DNA of 64,000 nucleotides from the human T2T-CHM13v2.0 reference genome, Homo sapiens. Both the position numbers and the translations under genes were made by a program. The notes under the pieces were generated by a model that did no database searches, was not told the origin of the DNA, and worked only from the letters and a program-made list of their open reading frames with translations. Position 1 is the stretch's first letter, and every line of letters begins with the position of its first letter. The stretch is from assembly GCF_009914755.1 (NCBI RefSeq), contig NC_060925.1; one strand, 5' to 3'. Positions 1-11,215 of the stretch are shown here, in pieces.

Positions 1-1233
1 ATAAGGCACCAGGGACCAATACTGGAGAAACAGAGATGTGTAACCTTTCAAATAGAAAATTCAAAATAGCTGTGTTGAGAAAACTGAACAAAATTCAAGA
101 AAACACAGCTAAGAAATTCAGAATTGTATCAGATAAATTTAACAAAGAGACTGAAATAATTAAAAACAATGTAGCATAAATTTTGAAGCTAAAATGCAAT
201 TGGCATAATAAAAAATACATCAGAGTTCTTAAGTATCAGAATGGATTAAACTGAAGAAATAACTAGTGAGCTTGAAGACACGTTATTTCTTGTCTTCAGT
301 TAGAGGAGACAAAAGAAAAAAAACATAGGATCTAGAAAATAGCTTCAAAAGGGCAAATCTAGGAGGTATTGGTGTTAAAGAGGAGGTGGAGAAAGAGATA
401 GGGGTAGAAAGTTTATTTAAAGGAATAATAGCAGAGAACAAACCTAGAGAAATATATTAATATTCAAGTAGAAGAAAGTTACAGAACACTAAGTAGAATT
501 AACCCAAAGGTGACTACCTCAAGGCATTTAAATTCAAATAGCCAAAAGTCAAGGATAAAGAAATGACCCTAAAAGCAGCAACAGAAAAGAAACAAATAAC
601 ATACAATGGAGCTCCAATACATCTAGCAACAGACATTTCAGTGGAAATCTTATAGGCCAGGAGAGAGTGGCATGACATATTTGAAGTGCTGGACGAAAAA
701 ATATTTCATGCTAGAGTAAAATATCCAGTGAACATATTCTTCAAAGATGAAGGAGAAATAAATATATTCCCTGACAAACAAAAGCTGAGGGCTTTTATCA
801 ACATCAGACCCATCCTACAACAAATGCTAAAAGGAGTACTTCAATCAGAAAGAAAAGAACACTAATGAGCAATAAATAATCATCTGAAGATACAAAAGCA
901 CACAGAAAAACACAGAATAGTTTAACACTGCAACTGTGGTGTGTAAAATACTCTTATCCTAAGTAGCAAAATGAAATGATGAACGAATCAAAAATAATAA
1001 CTATCATACAACAACTTTTCAAGACACAGTACAATAAGATATAAATACAAGCAACCAAAAGTTTAAAAGCAGTGGCATGAAGTTAAAGCTTAGAGTTTTT
1101 ATTAGTTTTCTTTTTGATTGTTTGTTGGTTTATGTGAACAGTGTTAACTCATTATCTGGTTATAAACTAATGAGTTATAAGAGAGTATATGGAAGCTTCA
1201 TGGTAATCTCAAATGAAAAAACGTACAATAAAT

Positions 1234-1260
1234 ACACACACACACACACACACACACACA
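1234..1260. repeat. (CA)n microsatellite within the L1 spacer
   Basis: Run of acacacac... seen directly. Confidence 0.95.
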
Positions 1261-3589
1261 AAGCAAGAAACTAAATTAAACCCCAGAGAAAATCACCTTT
1301 ACTAGAGGAAGACTAGAAGAAAAAAAAGGAAGAGAAGACCACAAAACAACCAAAAAAACAAATAAAATGTCAGGAGTGAGTTCTTACTTATCAATAATAA
1401 CATTGAATGTAAATGAACTGAACTCTGCAATCAAAAAACAAACTGGCTGAAATGAAAGAAAGAACAAGACCCATTGATCTGCTGCCTACAAGAAACATAC
1501 TTCACCTATAAAGACACACATAGAAGGAAAATTAAGGGTTGGAAAAGATATTCCATGCCAATGGAAACCAAGGAACAGCTACAGTCATCACACTTATATC
1601 GGAAAAAAATAGATTTCAAGATGAAAACTATAAGAAGACACCAAGAAGGTAACTATATAATGATAAAGGGTCAATTCAGCAAGAGGATATAGCAATTTTA
1701 AATATATATGCACCAAACATTGGAACCCCCAGATGTTTAAAGGAGAGACAGACCCCCAAGACAATAATAGTTGAAGACTTCAGCACTTCAGTTTCAGCAT
1801 TGGATAGATCTTCCAGACAGAAGAGCAATGAAGAAATAGACTTAATCTATGCTATAGATGAAATGGATCTTGTAGATATTTACAGAACATTTCATCTAAT
1901 GGCAGCAGAATACACATAATTTTTCTCAGCCCATAGATCATTCTCAAGGATAGACCATACATTGTATCACAAAATAACTCTTAAAGCATTCAAAAAATTG
2001 AAATAATATCAAGCATCTCCTCTGACCACAATGAAATTAAACTAGAAAGAAATAGTAGAGAAATGTGTAACCTACGTGAAGACATGGAAATTAAACAATA
2101 TGCTTCTGAATGACAAGTGGGGCAATTAAGAAATTTAAAAGGAAGTTGAAACATTTATTGAAACAAATAATAATGGAAACACAAGATACCAAAACCTATG
2201 GGATCCAGCAAAAGTAGTACTAAGAGAGAATTTTACAGCTATGTGTGCCTACATCACATTAAAAAAAGGGGAAAAAAATCAAAAGAAGAATCTAATAGTG
2301 CAACTTAAAGAATTAGAAAAGCAAGAAAAAAAATCCAAAATTTGTAAAAGAGAAGAAGTAATAAAGATTAGAACAGAAATAAATGAAATGGAAATGAATA
2401 TTTAAAAATACAAATTATCACTGAAATAAATAGTTGGCTTTTTGAAAAGTTAAACAAAATTGACATATCTTTAGCTAGACTAAGGAAAAAAGAGAGAAAA
2501 TCTAAATAAATAAAATTAGAAATGAAAAGAGACATTACAATTGATACTTCAGAAATTGAAAGGATCATTAGTGACTACTACAAGCAACTATATGCCAATA
2601 AATTGGAAAATCTAGAAGAAATGTTCAACTTTCCAGACACATAAAACCTACCAAGAGTGAATCAGAAAGAAATCCAAAAACTCAACAGACCAATAAGAAG
2701 TAGTAAGATTGAAGCTGTAATAAACAGTTTCCCAGTAAAGAAAAGAAGCCCAGTACTCAATGGCTTCACTGCTAAATTCCATCAAACATTTAAAAAAGAA
2801 CTAATATCAATCTTGCTCAAACTATTCCAAAAAACAGAGAAGGATGGAATACTTCCAAACTCATTCTACAAGGCCAGTATTACCCTGATACTGAAACAAG
2901 ACAAAGACACACCATAAAAAAATATATATACCAATATATCTGATGAATATTGATGCAAAAATCCTGAGCAAAATATAGTGTACAAATAGTAGCAAACCAA
3001 ATTCAACAACACATTAAAGAGATCATTCATCTGACCAAGGGGGGTTTACCTCAGAGATGCAAGGTTGTTCAACGTATGCAAATTGATTAATGTGATACAT
3101 TATATCTACAAATGAAGGATAAAGATCATATAATCATTTAAATTGATCCTGAAAAAGCATTTGACAAAGCTCAACATCCTTTTGGATAAAAACCCTCAAA
3201 AAACTGGGGAAAGGAAGGACATACTTCAATATAATAAAAACTGTATATGACAGACCCATAGCCAGTGTCATACTGAATGGGGAAAAACTGAAAGCCTTTC
3301 CTCTAAGATAAAGAACATGACAAGGTTGCCCACCTTCACCATTGTTATTCAACATAGTACTGGAATTATTAGCTAGAGCAGCCAGACAAGAGAAAGAAGT
3401 AAAAAAACATACCAATTGAAAAGAAAGAAGTCAAATTATTCTTGTTTTCAGATAATATAATCTTTTCAAAAATGGTAAAAAGACTGCACAGAAAACTATT
3501 AGAGCTGATAAACAAATTCGGTAAACTTAAAGGATACCAAATCAACATACAAATTTCAGTAGCATTTCTATATTCCAACAGTGAACAAT

Positions 3590-3826
3590 GTGAAAGGCAC
3601 ATCTTACATGGCAGCAGGCAAGACAGAATGAGAGCCAAGTGAAAGGGGAAACACCTAATAAAACCATCAGATCTCATGAGACATATTCACTACTGTGAAA
3701 ACTGTATGGGAAAATTTGCCCCCATGATTCGATTATCTTTCACCAGGTCCCTCCCACAATAAGTGGGAATTATGGGAGCTACAATTCAAGATGAGATTTG
3801 GGTGAGGACACAGCCAAACCATATCA
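3590..3826 (-). mobile_element. THE1 (MaLR) LTR fragment inserted in L1 ORF2
   Basis: aaaccatcagatctcatgagac...gggagctacaattcaagatgagatttgggtgaggacacagccaaaccatatca matches the THE1B/C LTR; the other end is missing. Confidence 0.9.
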
Positions 3827-4640
3827 CTATCCTAAGCAAAAAAAAGCAAAATTGGAGGAATCACGTTACCTGGCTTCAAATTATAATACAGAGCTGTAGT
3901 AACCAAAGCAGCATAGTACAGGCATAAAAACAGATACATAGATGAATGGAACAGAATAAAGGACCCAGAAACAAATCCACGCACCTACATTAAACACATT
4001 TTAGACAAACGTGCCAAGAACATAGTCTGAGAAAACGACAGACTCTTCAATAAATAATCTGAGAAGCCTGGGTATCCACATACAGAAGCAGGAAACTAGA
4101 CACCCTATCTCTCACCATATACAAAAATCAAATCAAAATGAATTAAAGATTTAAATCGAAGACCTCAAACTGTGAAACTACTACAAGAAAAAATTGCTGA
4201 CACTTCAGGAAATTGGTCTGGGCAAAAATTTATTGAGCAATACCTCACGAGCACAGGCAACCAAAACAAAAATAGACAAATGGGATCACATCGAGTTCAA
4301 AGGCTACTGTACAGCAACGTATACAATAAGCAAAGTGAAGAGACAACCCACAGATTGAGATAAAATATTTTCAAACTACCTCTCTGAAAAGGGATTCATA
4401 ACTAGAATATATAAGAAGCTCAAACAACTCCACAGAAAAAAAAACCTAATGATCCCATTTTTAAAATGGGCTAAAGATTTGAATGACATTTCTCAAAAGA
4501 AGACACGCAAATGGCAAACAGGCATATGAACAGGTGCTTGACATTGCTGATCATCAGAGAAATGCAAATCAAAACTACAATGAAATATCATCTCACCCCT
4601 GTTGAAATTGCTTATATCCAAAAGGCAAGCAGTAACAAAG

Positions 4641-5135
4641 GTCAATTCCATATCTCTGCTATTGTGAATAGTGCTACTGTAAACACATGACTGCAGGTAT
4701 ATTTTTGATGTAATGATTTATTTTTCTTTGGGTACATATCCAGTAGAGGAATGGCAATTCAAATAGTAGTTATGTTTTTAGTTCTTGGAGAAATCTATAT
4801 ACTCTGTTCCACAAGGTCGTAGTAATTTGCATTCCTATCAACGATGTATAAGGATTTTCTCAGCATCTTTGCTGACATCTGCTATTTTTTACTTGTTAAT
4901 AATAGCCATTCTGACTAGTGTTATATAATATCTCATTGTGGTTTTAATTTGTGTTTCTCTGGTGATTAGTGATGAACATTTTTCATATGCTTGCTAGCCA
5001 TTTGAATGTCTTCTTTTGAATGTGCCTTTTTATGTCTCTTTCTCATTTTTTAATGAGATGCTTAGTTTTTCTTTTATTTAATTGCATTGAGTTCCTTGTA
5101 AATTCTAGACACGTGTCTCCTGCAGGTTGCATAAA
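4641..5135 (-). mobile_element. L1MA-type ORF2 3' fragment, opposite orientation to the preceding L1
   Basis: ttccatatctctgctattgtgaatagtgct...atctcattgtggttttaatttg...gagttccttgtaaattctag is antisense L1 ORF2 3' region. Confidence 0.85.
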
Positions 5136-6006
5136 TCCTGTGATAGAACTGCACTTGGTCTGAGGGTGTGGAGGAATCATGTTACTGCAGACTTCAGTAG
5201 AGGAGGTCTAAGGAGGCAGTAAACCAGATGGATTATTATACTTTAAAGTGGATATTACCATATATTTTTCTACCATACATTTTTCACCCTTAAGAAACTG
5301 ACATTCTCCATAGATTATAAATGTGTACAGAGCCAACATCATTCTGTACCTTCAAGTTTCTGATGTTAAGCTGTGGAGAAAGGGAAGTAGTTCTTAAAGA
5401 GATGCCAGTCTCCATTCAAACGGTGTCTGAGAAACTCACGTGGTATATTTTCCACCTATACTTTGGTTTGTTGATTTTGTACTTGAATCTGGAAATTGGA
5501 TTGAACATGGAGAAATAAAGAAAAAAAGGGACTAAGAGGCATTGAAAATACACACTCTCAATGTACACATATAAGTTGGAGCTACAAGAACATTAAATTG
5601 CACTGCCTGCTTGCTGCAAGCTCACATCAATTGTTTCCCACAATGATTATTAATTATCTGCTAATGTAAAGTTATTTTGAAGTAACTGAGGTTAAGGCAG
5701 AGAGATATTTATCCTAATATTATTTAGCATATGCCTTAAAGATAATTTTTACATAGGTTCTAATTTTTATCATAAAAATAATGATTAGTAATACTATAAT
5801 AGACATATAAACAAGATGAAATAGGAGTGTAGAAGGGAGGAATTGAACAAACTCCATATCTATGTTGGTCTTTTATTTATTATAAAGAAAGAATCGTATT
5901 TTATTATTGCTGATAGAGAAAGCAAGTTATACAAAAAAAAAAAAAAACAGCTAGCACTGTCAATATTATAGTCACAAGAAGGTAACAATTTAAATAAATC
6001 ATGGTT

Positions 6007-6318
<312 letters not shown>

Positions 6319-6479
6319 TAAATAAATCATGGTTAGCTTGGTTATCTGTGTTGCACAGATTAATAATAGGAATACAACTTTGAAAGTATTTTGAGACCCT
6401 ACAGCTTCCATGCCCTTTTAAAATGAGAGAATTGGAAAGAGAAAATATTAGAAAAGAAAATGTGAAAAACTGTTTTAAG

Positions 6480-7180
6480 CAATGCTAAAATGCAATTCTT
6501 AGACTCATAAAGCTCAAATTATCCCTAGCAGGGCAGAACAACACCATTAAAAAAACTAGGATAAAAACTTCTATGACATCATAATGAAATTTTCCAACAA
6601 TAAAAGGGAAGAGAAAATTATAAAATTATCTAGAGGAAAAATGGAGGAGGGCTAAATATTCTAACAATACATTATCTATCTCAACAATGAAAAGCCAAAT
6701 AAATTAGAGACATTTTCAATGTGCTGAAAGAAAATAACTGTGAATCTAGAATTAAATTATTAGTGAAAATATCTTTTAAGAATGACAGGGAAATAATGAC
6801 ACTTTTATGAAAGAAATCCAAAGTGAACAATTTTATTACCAGAAGATTATACCAAAAGAAAATTATAAAGAATACACTAAGTTGAAAGGAATTGAACTGA
6901 TATGGTAAACTAAATAAAAATAAAGATTAAAGAATTTAAAAAGTAGTAAATATGGGACAAATATCCATTGATATTAACTATAGAGAGTAATAATAATAAT
7001 GCCTTTGGGTATTAAAATGAGATAGAGCTGAAATACATGATAATAATAAAATAATTTGGAACATAGAGTCTGGAGTTAAAGTGTGTAGAGCCATTTTATA
7101 TACTAGAGAAGGATGTAAGTAGAGTGATTAACGCTGGGTTCTAGTAAATTATATCTCTTTAATTTTATAGATTTTTATAA
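6480..7180 (+). mobile_element. Ancient L1M/L1ME, ORF1 3' part and spacer (continues at 7578-7640 and 11216-13090)
   Basis: cattttcaatgtgctgaaagaaaataactgtgaatctagaatt resembles the end of L1M ORF1; A-rich. Confidence 0.65.
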
Positions 7181-7379
7181 TTTTATAATTTCACACTCGT
7201 GTTTCTTTTTGCTGTTGCTGTTGTTAGTGTTTTTACTTTAAATCTCTGCCTGAGGTTTTCATTGGCCAAACAATCCTTCTCACTTATCAATGATAAATGG
7301 AACAGTCAATAAATAAACCAGTTATCTTGTCTTTTGAGTGACAAAACTTAGAGGCATTTTCTTTTTAACAGCATTTCCA

Positions 7380-7577
7380 AAAGGTCTGGAGCATAACGGA
7401 GTTCTGGTTATCCTCAGTAGCAGTATGCACAGTAGTAGTACCTCACCTATGTTGACTTTCTTCTCTTCCTGTGTCACGTCTTTGTTATCCTACTGGTTTT
7501 CCTGTATTGCTTCCCACATAAACTACTAACAATTTCTACTCTCTAGAAATGATTTTGGGAGAAATCATCCTATGGCA
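7380..7577 (+). mobile_element. LTR16-like (ERVL) LTR fragment
   Basis: cttctcttcctgtgtcac...cttcccacataaactact...tttgggagaaatcatcctatggca resembles the LTR16 3' end; highly diverged. Confidence 0.5.
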
Positions 7578-9355
7578 AATTTAACCAAGAAGAGGAAAAA
7601 CTAAAATTTAAAAAAATTTGGATAATAATATGGTAGATTTTACTCAAATATGAAAAAATTTCAAAAGCCAAAGAAGCAGTGTATGACCTTAAAGCATTTA
7701 GCAAACCTAATATTTGAACATAATTTCGACCACATGTTTACATTTTGAAGACATTTGGATGTTACCAATAATCTTTAAAACTGTTTTTATCTTTCAAAGA
7801 TCAAAGTATGTGAACTAAAAGATATTACAGCTTCATTTTCCTTAAAAATATTTGATGTAAGTACTTATTATCTTTAAGCCAATCAACTAGAGCTCTTTTT
7901 TATATAAACATCACAAACATAACACATATATATCTACACAGACAGACAAAAGATTCAGTAGTTTTAAGGTTTTTCATCTGCCAATCTCCTAAGTGGATTA
8001 TTGGTCTCAGGTTGGAACACTTCAAGAAACAGAGCTAGAAAAATATGCAGTTTCTAGGGTCTAAAAACCAAATATGTCTGGAAGACAAAAACAGATTTCA
8101 AGGATCTTTCGCTTTTAATTCCTGGGGTTCCATGAGGAAAACAGAGGAGTTTATTTTTCCCAAATGGGGTCTGTAGTGCCTCTTCTGTTTTTCCCAAGGA
8201 GTCCTAGGCTATCAGAAGTTATCTTAGGGCCTTTCATGCATGCATTAATAGTTGCAAGACAAAAATGGAGAAAAATAATTCAGTCAACTGAGAAGAAAAA
8301 TATTTTTCCAGCAAAACAAGATCCAAGAAGAGAAAAGATATAGAGACCTTTTAAATATACCTATAGCCTGGATATCCGCTTTTAATTAAGCTGACTTTCA
8401 ACCATAGCACTCTTTAAAAAAATCCTCTTAAATCCCTAATTACCGGAGTTTAGCCACACCAGGTGGCCAATATTTCTGGCTTTTGAACTTTACCAAAAAT
8501 AACCTCACAGGTAAAACTAGCAAGCCTCAACTATGGTTATGACTTAACCATGAGTGTACGAGGTATTTTTAAAGATGTGGTAACCAGTTTTCACAAAATC
8601 TAGAATCTTTAAAGGTAGCTTAGAGAAAGGAAGATTTAAGAGAGGAAACTAGAAGTCATTTATGGAGGGGAAGAGAATCAGCAAATTGTAAAAGTCACAC
8701 AGATAATAACCAGAAACACTCATTCCCTGAGCCAGGATGGAACCCGGGCTGCCATTGTCAAATGGTAGAGACCAAAAGAAAGTACTGCCACGTGGTTACA
8801 AGGTCAAGCTTTGAAGGACATAAAACAAGATGGAGACCTCATCCAGTTTTTTTGTTTGTTTGTTTTTGTTTTTGTTTTTCAGAGACCTGTAGCAAAGTTT
8901 GTTATTGACCAGTTTATGAGGCTGGCTTGAACAGCAGGCTTATGGGGTCCTAGGCCTGTGTTCTATCCTAAGGTATTTCTTCTTATGACAGAACCATAGA
9001 AAAAGGCACACAAAGCACACCAGATTGGCTACAGCTTAGGAAGACTAGCCTCACAAATCCTCTGTCCATGAATCAAAACTTTACAGAGAATATAAACTGA
9101 TTTTTACCATTCCTACAACCACTTTTCACAGAGAGAGAGAGAGAGAGATGCCAAAAGACAGACTGGTTAAAAGAAAAAAAAAAAACAAAAAACTTTTACC
9201 CTTTTACCCTTTTGCTGCCATGTCAGGTTTCTGGTTTCCCTTTTGACCCTGGGGTTCTTTAAAGGGGAAGTGGACAAAGAGGATATTTGCATACTGTAAA
9301 AGTTGTCCTTCCTAAAGAGATTTGCTCAGTTAGATCCGTAATTTCTTCCCAGGAC

Positions 9356-9386
<31 letters not shown>

Positions 9387-9510
9387 AGTTTCAAGTTTGT
9401 GGAAATTGAACTTTTCCCAGAGGGTAGTGTCCTGTGGTACAGAGATGCAATTATCCATCCGTGAAGAGAAGATAGAGGAGAAAACAGAAAAAAATAAGAC
9501 TTTTTTTTTT

Positions 9511-9576
9511 AAAGGAGTCCCAGTGATTCAGGATGCATTCAAGAAAAGTACAGACTGAAGGTGGTTGGTTACCCAT
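9511..9576 (-). pseudogene. gag: gag matrix N-terminal remnant MGNQPPSVCTFLECILNHWDSF
   Basis: Hand translation from the ATG at 9576. Has Gly2 and the class I ERV MA pattern (T)PLxCILxxWxxF. Similarity ends at an A-run. Confidence 0.75.
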
Positions 9577-10573
9577 CTGCAAAGAGGGTAAAAAGGCATC
9601 CCTTAGTTATTTTCTCTTTGCAGTGAATACCCAGGGTGTGTGAGGGAGAGAAAGAAAAGGCGTCCCCTTTCTTCTGCCTTTATATCCCCAAGTTCTGGCA
9701 ACCTCAGCAGGGGCCATACATGGGTGCCAATGCAGGTTTCACCCATGTTAACAGGGAGGCCTAAGGGGTAGGAATTATCTGCACTCACCTATGCTCTGGT
9801 ATATACCCCCTGCTGTCAGTAACCTTATTTATGCCATGGACACAGGCATAACCTCCACCCATGAAATGACGGAAGGGGGGGCCTAATCGGCAAGAATTAG
9901 TTATGCTCACCTGTGCTGTACCCCTTGACTTCCATTGTTGTCTGCCTCTGGATCCCTCAGATCCAGTTTTCCTTATTAGGGATAAAGCCCTAGAAGCTTG
10001 GAATTGAGTTTGGGACAAAGAGGTGCTCAGCAGGGTGCATAGACTCCTGAAATTAAGTCCCAGGTGGCCCTCCTTATCATAAGCCAAATGCTAAGTTGAA
10101 GCTGTGGAACTGGGATCTCCTCAAAAAAGGGAGAGGAAAAGGAGTCCCATGAATTGGCGTCCTGGCCTAGTAAGAGGCCTTCCAAAATGAAAAAAATACC
10201 CCTCCCATAGAAAAGCTCCCTGTATTTGCAGGGCTGTACTAACACCTGACATGGTGGAGAAAAGAAAAAAAACAGCTTAAGAGCAGGGGATGGAGAGGGG
10301 CCTGGGCGAAAAAGCCTCTTACTTTATGTAAATGGGTTCCTTCAACAATAACAGCAACAAATAACTTTTATTTGCTGCCTCCTTTCTGCTTCTAATACAT
10401 GGAAATTGCATCGTTCTTAATTGCATATCTGATGGCTGGGCCAAATGCTCATTCTACCCAGTAATATTGCTGTAGTTTGCAACAACACCCCCAATATTGT
10501 AAAAGAATAGATAGGTGCCATCATGACCATGAAAGAAAGAAGAAAGATGCCACATTTGCTCATCATTTCTTAT

Positions 10574-10591
10574 ATCCTGGACAAGCCCCCA
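10574..10591 (-). promoter_or_regulatory. Retroviral primer-binding site, tRNA-Pro
   Basis: Minus strand TGGGGGCTTGTCCAGGAT versus PBS-Pro TGGGGGCTCGTCCGGGAT. Both mismatches are CpG transitions. Lies about 5 nt from the LTR end. Confidence 0.9.
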
Positions 10592-10596
10592 GAAAA

Positions 10597-11215
10597 TAAA
10601 CAGGATTTTTCTTGGCCACATTGCCAAGTGGAGATCTCCGTGGCTGGTAATGCCCCCTACCCCTGTCAGAGCCTTGCTTGGCCCTAGGCCTGCTGCTGGA
10701 GGTGCCCCACCCACTCGGCCAGCCGGAGCTATAGCTTGTACCCACATCCAGGAAGAATGAGGATACGGTGACAATTCAAAGGGTGAAAAGGGGTGGAGAA
10801 GAATTTTATTGAGCCACAGAACAGGTCTCAGCAGAGAGAGCATGTGGGGGTTGCTCTCCCACCCCCACAGTCAGGTGATTTATTTCCCAGTGTGGCTGAG
10901 TTCGGGGCTTTTATTGGCTCAGAATAAGGGAGTGAGGCTGATTGGTTTGTGAGTATGCAAAAAAGATTAAAGCAAAGACACCACTCAAAGTGTAGAAAAA
11001 CATTTAGGGAAGGGTAGGTATGTGTAAAATAGATGAAGGATGGGGATCAGTCAGAGGAAAGTATGCCAAACAGGGAGGCAGGTTTTCAATCTGGTCCATG
11101 CATTGTACTTGTAGCTTGGCTTTCAGGTTTTAAACTGTCTTCCACTTAGAGGTGGGGTTTCACTGGGGACCTGCCCTTATCTGCCTAGGCATTTGACTTC
11201 CTCCTGGCGCTATCA
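10597..11215 (-). mobile_element. 5' LTR of the ERV1 (LTR27/LTR28-like, HUERS-P group)
   Basis: Minus strand starts tgatagcgccaggaggaagtcaaatgcctaggcagataagggcaggtccccagtgaaacccc. Contains CCAAT and AATAAA motifs and ends next to the PBS. Confidence 0.85.

Larger units (their letters stand above)
1..4640 (+). mobile_element. LINE-1, old primate L1PB/L1MA-type: decayed ORF1 (1-~870), long inter-ORF spacer, decayed ORF2 from ~1367; 3' end missing
   Basis: ORF2 start atgtcaggagtgagttcttacttatcaataataacattgaatgtaaat (endonuclease N-terminus). ORF fragments [33 protein letters not shown] and FSDNII (decayed RT FADD motif). Many stops and frameshifts. Confidence 0.95.
7660..10596 (-). mobile_element. 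ERV1 internal region, HUERS-P/MER52-MER61-type non-autonomous element, 3'-truncated
   Basis: Follows a 5' LTR and a Pro PBS and contains gag N-terminal remnants. AT-rich MER4-group-like internal sequence (ttaagccaatcaactagagctctttt...). No 3' LTR in the window. Confidence 0.85.

Noticed and set aside
1367-4640. Functional L1 ORF2
   Set aside because: Multiple stops, frameshifts, a deletion, an LTR insert and a mutated RT catalytic motif.
8450-8475. CTCF-like caccaggtggcc (also ccaccaggaaggcg at ~45912 and gctagagtggccgct at ~25383)
   Set aside because: Partial or mis-spaced matches at a level expected by chance.
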